Origin: Octopus bimaculoides
Taxonomy: Eukaryota
Direction of reading: 5' to 3'
Length of the DNA: 64,000 nucleotides
Assembly (NCBI RefSeq): GCF_001194135.2
Contig: NC_068983.1
Span: forward strand, 59,690,959 to 59,754,958
The notes below the pieces were generated by a model. The model had not been told where the DNA came from. It did not search any database and saw only the letters and a program-made list of their open reading frames with translations. A program made the translations under genes and the position numbers. Shown in pieces: positions 54,613-64,000 of the stretch (position 1 is the first letter of the stretch; each line of letters opens with the position of its first letter).

Positions 54613-54908
54613 CAGTGGCGAACTGGGTCTAAAAATATTAGTTACCAGGAGACTAAGAGGACCTACCCGCAACCAGAAGGGGGCCCACCTGCAACTACAA
54701 TGCTATAATTTAATTTTTCTTTTTTTTTGTTAAAAGTATTCTTTACAACTGTCTACAAACACAGCCAGGCTGAAATAATTAATACATTCTTCTTGAAGTG
54801 AATAAAAAATTCTCAGACTTGAGGGGATGGACCCCCATATATGGATTCTAATGGCACAGGGGCCCACTTACCATCGGGCAAGCTGGCAACCTGACCAGTC
54901 CACCACTG
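54613..54908. mobile_element. hAT-type MITE with TIRs and 8-bp TSD
   Basis: TIRs cagtggcgaactgg and ccagtccaccactg. Flanks tggataat (54605-54612) and tggctaat (54909-54916) match at 7/8. Confidence 0.8.
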
Positions 54909-55422
54909 TGGCTAATATTCTTGCTTTAAAAACATAAAGTTTATTGTGAATGGATGTGTTACACCTTTAGCTTCTGCTGATCCAAAACTCATGATTTCTT
55001 GACTGTATCATGAAACATTCACTGTTTTTCCCAATTTTGTTTTACCAAAGTTTAACTGCTGGACTATGTTTGTGTGTGTGTTTGGCTATGAGCATTTGTG
55101 TGTATGACTGGCAACAATTAGCTGAATTTTTAGAATTTGTGAACTTGGTGCCTATCTCAGAAATCATTACTAATTAACAGTAGAATATTATTGCATCATG
55201 GAATCAGTAGAGCACCAAACTAAATGCTTTGATATATTTAGTTATGTCCTTATCTATTCTAAATTTACTCAGAATAATAATAACATTGATACTGATGCCC
55301 ACACCTCATGCACCAGCTAATATTCCAATATACTCTTTTACCAACTCAGTCATAGCTGTGCTTATACTCTTTCTGTGCTAGCTTACTGCATTTATTTAAG
55401 AGATGGTTAATACTTTCATCTC

Positions 55423-55453
<31 letters not shown>

Positions 55454-56294
55454 GAAATGACAAAAGAATGACAACTATTTGTATTTTATACAATATCTTC
55501 TGATCATCCACAATAATGTTAAGTTGCTGTCAATAAAATATCAAAAAGAAGAACAAAAGAACATGTGTAGCAGGAGAAAATATGAATTATGAAATAATAT
55601 TTTTTAATAGAGAAGTGAAAAGAAGACAAGATTTTACTGAATACTTCAACTTTTAAATTAAAATTTTCATAATATTCCAAATTCCATAAAATCATTTTTA
55701 TGTGTCAGTAATAATTTTCTAAATTTGAAATTTTGTTCAGTTATCTTTGCAAGATATTTTAATCTTTGGACATCAAAAGACTGAACAACTTTACTCTAGA
55801 GTTTTCACCTGCCTTTATCATATTTGTTATATTTGCACTATATTTTTGTATTTGGACACAAAAATGGTAAGCAACTGTCCTCCAAATCTGTCTTTGTCTC
55901 AGTCATACAACAGATACACAACAACTTAATCTGTTATATAAGTCATTCAGTACAGTAGATATTGGTAATGATTTGATTTAAATTATCTTGCCAGATGAAC
56001 AAATTTTAAAAAAACTAACCCCCAAATTTCAAATGAATATGGTCCCACTTTTATAGGATATGAGTGGATACTGCATAAAATAATGCAATATATGGTTGGT
56101 AGGAAAAAACAAAATTTGTGTCTGGTTGTCTCAACATCACATGATCGTCATAAACAAGAGTCACTGTCATACAAGCAGTGTCATTTATTTCCAATATTCT
56201 ATGAAAAGATGTTTGGCTATGAGGAAATATTATCTTGCTTGGAAACAGTTAAGGAATGGCTACAAAAAGGGCACCTGACTGTAGAAAATCTGCC

Positions 56295-56552
56295 AACCAA
56301 AGCCCTGTGAGTAGATTTAGTGGACAGGGATTGAAAGAAGCCCGTTGTATTTGTGTTTGTATTTGTCCCTCACCACCACTTGACAACCGGTGTTGGTTTG
56401 TTTATATCCCCATAACTTAATTGTTCAGCTAAAGAGACCAATGGAATAAATAGCAGGCTTAAAAAAAGTACTGGAGTCAATTCCTTCAACTAAAACCTCT
56501 TTGAGGCAGTGCCCCAGCATGGCAGCAATCTATTGACTGAAACAAATAAAAC
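56295..56552 (+). mobile_element. SINE family A 3' part
   Basis: accaaagccctgtgagtagattt..cttgacaaccggtgttgg..gactgaaacaaataaaac. Confidence 0.8.
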
Positions 56553-56776
56553 TAAGAGGTAAAGGCATATATACTTATTTACACTTCAAAAACCTGAATT
56601 GTATTCAGACATAATACAAAATTAATTTATTATCATTTGGTAGCTCACATGATTTTTCAAAAGCAAGTGAAGTCAACCCGGCCAAGATTTGAACTGAGAA
56701 ACATTGGTGAAGTTACCATAAAACTTCAATGCTAGAGTTGTATTGTATTTATTTTGTACACTTGCAATATAATCTC

Positions 56777-57001
56777 TGCTGTGTGGAAGTAGAACACCCC
56801 TATATGGTCGGCTCTTAATGGACTGTGCCACGATATAAATGGACATGCACAGAGAGTGTGGGAGAGATTCAGTGAGCTGTGTAAAGCCAAGAATTGCATA
56901 GTGACGAGTTTAATTACAAGTATTGTGTATCTTGAGTAGCACAATTGCGAGGACATTATTTATTATCCCATTATATCATACATCGAACACTCGATACAAC
57001 G
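56777..57001. mobile_element. Probable solo LTR
   Basis: Ends tgctgt..acaacg, each one change from TGTTGT..ACAACA. Flanks atctc and atcgc give a 5-bp TSD matching at 4/5. Has an internal TATAAA and is CpG-richer than its flanks. Confidence 0.5.
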
Positions 57002-57324
57002 ATCGCCCACTCATGATTTTATGTGTATGTGTGTGTATGTATATACACATATGTTTGTTTATTTTTATGTCCATTTTTCCATGCAAGTATGAGCAAGATG
57101 GATATATTATTGTGGCATTTTTTTATGGTTGGATTCCTTTCCTGTCACTAACCCTCATTTATTTTTCAAATGAGATCTCTTATTTAGCATGTCCTTGATG
57201 ATGTGAAGTGAGTCGATGATTTGATAATTTTTTGTCATAAAAAAGTGACAACAGTGACATCATTCAACAAACTTGCATAGAATGCAAATTTTAAACAAAC
57301 ACTCACAAACACACCCACCCATAT

Positions 57325-57490
57325 ACACATGACATGCTTCTTTCAGTCTCCATCTGCCAAATTCACTCATATAGCTTTGATCAGTTCAAAAGTATAGTAG
57401 AAAGTACTTGCCTACGGTGTTACACTGGGACTGAACTTGAAATTCCATGGTTCAGAGGGAAACTTCTCAACCACACAGCCATGTCTGTGC
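57325..57490 (-). mobile_element. SINE family A 5' half
   Basis: gggactgaacttgaaattccatggttcagagggaaacttctcaaccacacagccatg. Confidence 0.8.
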
Positions 57491-57544
57491 CTATACACTC
57501 ACATACACATACATGTGTGTGTATGTATATATACAATGCATAGA

Positions 57545-57578
<34 letters not shown>

Positions 57579-58141
57579 TGTTTGTGTGTACTCAGCTATT
57601 CCTGGGCAAGAGTATAAAAACTGCATTCCTCTGCCAAGCCATGTTAAGCCAGTGTAGCAGAGTAGGATCATTAAACTTGTATGGTCACAAGCTCAAATTC
57701 AAGCCTCCACATCATCCCATGGTTGGTGGAGAGAACATACTGAGGCCTTTGTCCAAAAGGGGAATGAATATAGGCAATCTAATCCAATATATGCATACAC
57801 ACACTCACACATACTGTCAATTTAGGATGCAGTTGATTATAAATATGAGATAAAAGTCTAAATCTGAAAAATTACCTTATATCAAATAGTTGTCTCCTTT
57901 CACTCAACATGTCTTCTTCAGATTCTGGTAAAGTGAACTTTCTTTACAACCCTACATGATTTGGTTTTTATATCAGAGTATGAACGAATGTATATTTATA
58001 CATGCCCACCTACATTCCTACATGTTTCAGGATTTGCATACAAATATACAAAGCTGCCCAATTATATATAAATATATATTCATGTATGTATATATGTATA
58101 TTTATGTTTCTATTTATATATTTATGTATACACTAAAATCT

Positions 58142-58327
58142 AAAATGCATTGTTATAGAAATAAGTGAAATGACAAATAAAAACAAGGTACTTATTGGAA
58201 GAGATACATCTGCACCTATAATGCATTTCAATTGATTGTACAGAATCTCACCTGTAAGGTATGGATGCATGATGAGCTGAAATGGTTCTGAATAAAGAGT
58301 TTCATCTATTCCATTCTCTATCTCTCA
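58142..58327 (+). repeat. Dispersed ~210-bp repeat, copy 3 of 3
   Basis: See 13409-13620; more diverged. Confidence 0.7.
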
Positions 58328-58984
58328 TATTTTTATACAAATTCTACAGAGACAAAGGAATAGTATGATAGTATGAAGTAAATCCAATGAAATATAACTT
58401 CCATACTGTTGCTGACATCAGGTAACCGAATACTGTGGATGGGCTTTAAACAGCATACAACAAGGTGTCTACCCAAATATAAAATTATTACTATATTTAT
58501 ATATGTATATATTTACATATATGTCTCATCATCATTAACATCATCATCTGTGTATGTATATGCATATAATGAATGTAGAATTTAAAGCTTATTTACTAGG
58601 TCATTAGTATGTAAAATGCATATGCACAAGGAAGCATTTCATAGTATGAAGGATTTCCTGACTTTTGTAATCTTTTACAAGTCTGTTTTTATGTGAATAT
58701 GTCAGGATACAAAGATAGAGCCAGTTGTAATATCAATGGCTGCTATTAATTCATCTTTCACTTCTCACTTACTTTCTACCATTTTCTCTCAACTGAATGA
58801 AATTTCTAAGAAATATTCCCTCTCTACCTTATCAATGCTATCCAAATGATTCTTCACATAAAAATTTCCTATTTACTTCCAAATCTGTACCTTCATTCTT
58901 TCATCTTATTTCCTGTCTTTTATTTTCTCTCTTTTTTCTCATTCATTCCTCTCGGTCTGTGATGGGTTTTTTTAGTTTTGGTAT

Positions 58985-58985
58985 T

Positions 58986-59065
<80 letters not shown>

Positions 59066-59100
59066 CATCGTCATCATCATCATCATTGTTGTTGTTGTTT
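58985..59100. repeat. Compound (TTC)n(TTA)n(ATC)n(TTG)n microsatellite
   Basis: Direct reading. Confidence 0.95.
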
Positions 59101-59646
59101 TGCTTTATTCAACTTTATTTTTATTTCTTTCTTCCATTTCGACATGTTAACCTCACTGTAATCAGTAAAATTCTTCATATCATCCATATTATTCCAATAG
59201 CAACATAATGGTTCTCATTATTGTCCTTTATTTTATTGAATGTCTTATATATATCTTACTAGTGAATAAGTGATTTATTTCAATATGGCTGTCATGAATT
59301 AGGCATGTAACATCTTTTTGTCTTTGTTTGATTTCACTTTAGCTTTGGCAGATTTATTTAAATTATACACTTTGTGTTACTTTATGGCTTCTGTGTTTTC
59401 AAAACATTTCCAGTATTTCTAATACTTTTATTTTTGCTTGGTGTGTATTCTTTATTTTTACTTTTTACTTTATTTATATATTTGTTTGTTGTGCAATTTT
59501 CTTCATGCAAAATATATTCTTCAATTTCTCTTAGCTATTCTGAAGAAGCTTATAGATTTCAATGATATTCTAATGTACTACTACTTTCAAAACAGGAAAC
59601 ACTGCTCATTTCCAAATGATTGCATAAAACTTATATATATATATCG

Positions 59647-59678
<32 letters not shown>

Positions 59679-60649
59679 TTATTTACATATGTATGTATTT
59701 GTGTGTATGTGTGTCTCTGTGAATGAGATCATCATCATCATCATCATCATCATTTTAATGTCCATTTCCCATGCTGGTATATATTTTTGCATATATGTAC
59801 ATATATGTATATATACTTTATGATATTGAAATCATTCATTCTAAAGAAAATTCTGGACTAAAATCTGACTCAACTACTAGTACGTTTTTATATTGCAATT
59901 TAGTTTTTCCTCATCCATTTTCAAATTGCAATATTATTTAATGATTGATATAGCATCCACCACCACTTCTAAAATTACCATTTTACTGTTACTACTCATG
60001 TTCTGTCAATATGTCAGTACCACTGGAAGATCTAAAATATTTTAGAAACTGAAATGGAAGTTATTATAGAGTTATGGAAGTTATGATGGAGAAATGGTTG
60101 AGACTGTAAGTTGCTGTACTAAATGTTTTATTGTGCTTAGCTTTTTTATGTGTTCTGAAATCAAATCTCACTATTATCCACTTTTCCTTTCAAATTAATA
60201 GCATTTGTGTAACATACTTGAGTAGAGGGAGGAGGAAATAGTTCAACTGACTAACACTTCACTAAGAAGCATTGTTCTTTTACCTTCTTAAGAACCATCT
60301 GTTATAATTAAAGTTGTGTAGTTATAAGTTTTTGGCAAGGTAATTCATGCCAGAGTAGAAAAACTAATAATTTTGCTACATTAAAATGAGAATTACATAT
60401 GAATCAACTGTTGTTATAGGTTCTTGCTAAATTTCTTTCAATTACTTTAAGAAAACGCTTTTGATTGGCTAGAATTAAATAATTTTAAATGCTTATAACT
60501 TCTTTATTATTTATTTCTCAAAAACTCCCATAGCACAATTTTCATCATCAGCATGCAAAAGTACATCAGAACCACATTTTTTTTTAAATAATCTGAAAAT
60601 TTGAAAAACTTAAAGTGGGTGGAAGAAATTTAACAAGATCCTTGTTATA

Positions 60650-61095
60650 TAGTATTTTATCTCTTCTTTGGTCTTGTGCTCAAATCATACAATGTTCTTA
60701 GCCCTCATTATAAGCCTAGTGAATATACCATCAAGATGATCTTGAAGCTCCTTCTTCATAGTCCAGTTTTCAGTTCCAGAGAGAAGTATGCTCTCTAAAT
60801 CTGCCCTCAAGAAGGTCGGCCTTGTTAACTTTGAAATACTTGATTACCAGATAATATGAAGTTTGTTACAGGAGCTTCACACTTGTCCTTTGCATGTCAG
60901 TAAATCTTTCTAACTATTAGCAACATAAGTCCTGAAGTATCTGAAGTCACTGACCTCCTGGAGTTGTGTACCATTGTTTGAACAAATTGGCAGGTGACTT
61001 TTATCTTCATTGCTAGCCTGGTGTTCAGTTTTCTTTGCATTGAGAAACAGATTGACTTTGGCTGCTGCAGTTTCAAGGATGTTAACAAGTCTTGT
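60650..61095 (-). mobile_element. RTE/RTEX-type LINE RT fossil
   Basis: Minus strand reads QDLLTSLETAAAKVNLFLNAKKTE..LQEVSDFRYFRTYVANS*KDL..CNKLHIIW*S..LESILLSGTENWTMKKELQDHLDGIFTRLIMRAKNI. Nearly one frame with a few stops. Confidence 0.85.
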
Positions 61096-61280
61096 ACATC
61101 ACACAGTTCAATACAATAGTGTTCTAAGTGGCAGAGAAAGGATAGAGCAGAATGATAGGTTAGGCATTGGAGATTGATCTTTTTATCAAGTAGAAGACTT
61201 TCTTCTGAATGCAAAGTATGATTAAATGATAAATGCCATTTCTGATATGAGAGCAGAACTGTATGTTGAAGTACATTGAA
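61096..61280 (-). mobile_element. LINE RT C-terminal fossil, same group as 6285-6760
   Basis: Minus strand reads QFCSHIRNG..LCIQKKVFYLI, then HSALSFLCHL in another frame. Confidence 0.45.
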
Positions 61281-61979
61281 GGCATATTTATTGTAGAAGG
61301 AGAAGGAAGAGGAGGAAAGAAAGAAGAAGAAGGAAGAGAAAGAAGAAAAGGAGGAGAAAGAGAAGTTGTACTAGTAGTTGTGGTAGTAGCAATAGTAGTG
61401 GTAGCAGCAGCAACTGTAGTAGCCTGTTGTTGTTGACCATCCTGTCTTTTTCAAGGGATAGCTTATTTTATCAAGAGTTACTATATCCTGGACAGACACA
61501 AATCCTGATTTTGTGATAGTGAAGTGTGATTTCAGGGAGATTTAATTGCTATTTCTAGTAGATCAAATAACTACATAGAAGCTCCTTTGTCAGCTTGTCT
61601 CTGTTGCAATGAGAGAGCAAAATTTTGTCAGTGCAATTTTAGCAAAAATGTTTAGTATTTGAATGATACTGTTTCTTAGAGTATTTGATGCTCATCATCA
61701 TCATTATCATCACTATTATTTAATGTTATTGTTCTATTCTTTAAAGTTCACTCCTTTCTTTAAAAGAAAAACTTAATTATTGAAAATAAAATTTCAGAGT
61801 ATGTATAATAATGAATTTTTTTCTTTTTTCTCTTTTACTTTTGAAGAATACAAAAGATAGTCATATAAAAATTGTTCAATTTTCTGATACTACATGTAAT
61901 TAAGAACTAAAAGATATTTTACTAATGTGTCAACTGGCTAGGATTGCTGACTTTCACTTCAAGCAGGAACTAATTCTTT

Positions 61980-62135
61980 AGGCACAGGCATGGCTGTCAG
62001 ATAAAGAATTTCACCTTTGAACCACATGGCTAAAGATTCAGTTCCACTGTGTGAGTATTGTTGGTTAATGATCTATGCTAGAGTTGCAGGTCAATTTTGT
62101 GAGTGAAATTGGTAGCAGAAATTGAAGGTCCACAT
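61980..62135 (+). mobile_element. SINE family A 5' fragment
   Basis: ggcacaggcatggctgtcagataaagaatt..aaccacatggctaaagattcagttccactg. Confidence 0.65.
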
Positions 62136-62459
62136 CAGCATGTAAGATGCCAGAATGACTAGGTTTGTTAACACAAAGATCACAGTCAGATAAACAACAT
62201 TTCATACATCAAGTGTTTTCAAGATTTGTGTGTGTGTGTGTGTGTGTGTATACATACACACTTATATATATCTGCCTGAGTTCTCCTTACCTTTATTTGT
62301 TTGGTGACTGTAAATAAAACAACAGTCTTGCTATTAAAAATAGGCAATATCATATACTTACAGTCAATACAAAAGCACGTTTAGGCTTCTTGATGTATGC
62401 TCTTTGTAAACAGAGAGGTTCATAATTATGTCCTGGTTGTTTCTTGTTTAATAGACTAG

Positions 62460-62592
62460 GGGATTATTACCTTTCTTGGAAAGAATTGAAGGTCAGTGAC
62501 AAGAAAGGTATCCAGCCATAGAGAATCTGCCTCAACAAATTGTCTGGCCTATGCAACTATAGAAAACTGGACATTAAAATGACGATGATGTT
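62460..62592 (+). mobile_element. RTE-like tail of SINE A2
   Basis: aagaaaggtatccagccatagagaatctgcctcaacaaatt..ggacattaaaatgacgatgatg. Confidence 0.65.
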
Positions 62593-63794
62593 ATTGCTTA
62601 CCTTGATGAAAATATTCTGTGAAAGAATCTCCTCAGTAAACTGTTCAATAACAATACTGCAAAACAGAAATTTTTAAATGGACGAAAAGTAAATAACATT
62701 TTATCTTTGCTTGCAGTTTCCATTATTTTACAAAATACACAAAATTATAATTTATGTTTCTACATTTGTATTGTTCAAGCTGTATGGTTTTCATATTAAA
62801 CAAGCTAGTTTGATGTGGATGTGAAGTCAAAGTGATTTGCTGGATGGAATAGAGGCTGTTTTACTAGAAATAATTGGATTTTAACAAGAGTAATGTCTAC
62901 CCAGTCTTTAATGTTGCAGACGATAAAATCTTTATGTTCTCACATAAAATGTTTCACTTTCTATCAAAATACACAGTAAAAACAGCAACAACAAAAACAA
63001 ACAAACAGTTGTAAACAAATCAAGTAAGAAGCATTAGTAATAACACAACTAAATGTTCTTTTAACATGAAATAAAAATACAACTAACTCATCTGTTTCTG
63101 TTAATGTAACGACATATTTACTGTGATAATTGTTTTATTTCTATCTAGAAATCATACTATTAAAAATAAGTAAGTAAATAAATAAATAAAGTACTCCCAG
63201 ATATTTGTCTCTGCAGAACAACATTTGGGAGTAAAAATAAAAAGAAGCAAAAAGTATAAAACGAATACCTATTATGATAAAGTGGAAAGTGTTTCTATGA
63301 AGAACACTTACAAATAGGAAAATTATTTAGTGAAATAGAATTTTCAAATGAACTAAATATATTGATTATTATGATACAGGCTAGTCAATATGATACAAAG
63401 CATTATTTTGGGAGAGTGAGTAAACACATGAATAGACCATTTTGTCTCTTTTAAAGTTCTTTGAATGTCAAAAGACAGACTATAAAAATCTAGCTGGAAG
63501 AATTTAACTTTAAAATTGAGGTGTAATGCCAATAAACTACAAAAACAGAGTCATAGTTAAACATAATTTCGAATTCTTCATAGATTTAGTATGCGGGATT
63601 CCATGATGGTAATGCATTTGAAAAAATGGGGAATGGGGGAACTTGCAAATTTTGTGAGCATTTCAATATCATTATTAAAACATGTTATTTTCCTATCACA
63701 AAACCCATAGGAGTGGCTTAGTGCACCAATGTGCTATGCACTCATACACACGTATGCATATGCATATATACACTTCCTTAAAGCTTCAACTTGT

Positions 63795-63930
63795 GATAGA
63801 GTCATAGGGATGTGGTCATGACACTTGTCATTTCATCTGTCATGGTTGCATGCTAAACCTTAGGTTTCCATTCCTTGATGTTGTCCATCCAACTTTTCAT
63901 ATCCATTCACTTCCACTACCTTCACCTTCC
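63795..63930 (-). mobile_element. RTE LINE 3' end fragment
   Basis: Minus strand reads ..KSWMDNIKEWK.., resembling the RTE C-terminal GRxRKSWMDNIKEW motif. Confidence 0.55.
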
Positions 63931-63932
63931 AC

Positions 63933-64000
<68 letters not shown>
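63931..64000. repeat. (CA)n microsatellite running off the window end
   Basis: Direct reading. Confidence 0.95.

Overview
AT-rich, microsatellite-dense eukaryotic DNA with five N-gaps. The repeat families (tRNA-headed SINEs, RTE-type (GAT)n tails) point to an octopus/coleoid cephalopod genome; this is inferred from recalled repeat sequences, not from a search. Only one host coding exon is supported: 206-287 (+), 82 nt, encoding VQHWAKDLGDKLYSFSNKVTMLNDISK. Its size, phase and motif match exon 2 of voltage-gated calcium channel alpha2/delta (CACNA2D) genes. No convincing next exon was found, so the rest of the window reads as one intron of more than 63 kb. It is filled with SINEs, LINE fossils (CR1-type, RTE/RTEX-type, R4/Dong-type), DNA-transposon fossils (DD37D maT, mariner, piggyBac), MITEs and a probable solo LTR. 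No CRISPR array, rRNA, true tRNA gene or intact TE ORF is supported, and I found no strong evidence of a wholly new biological system. The most notable items are a perfect 60-bp hairpin about 1.8 kb downstream of the exon, two different R4/Dong-like ends stacked in a (TAA)n tract, a head-to-head pair of young RTE copies, and a few candidate cryptic or antisense exons. Most repeat boundaries are approximate.
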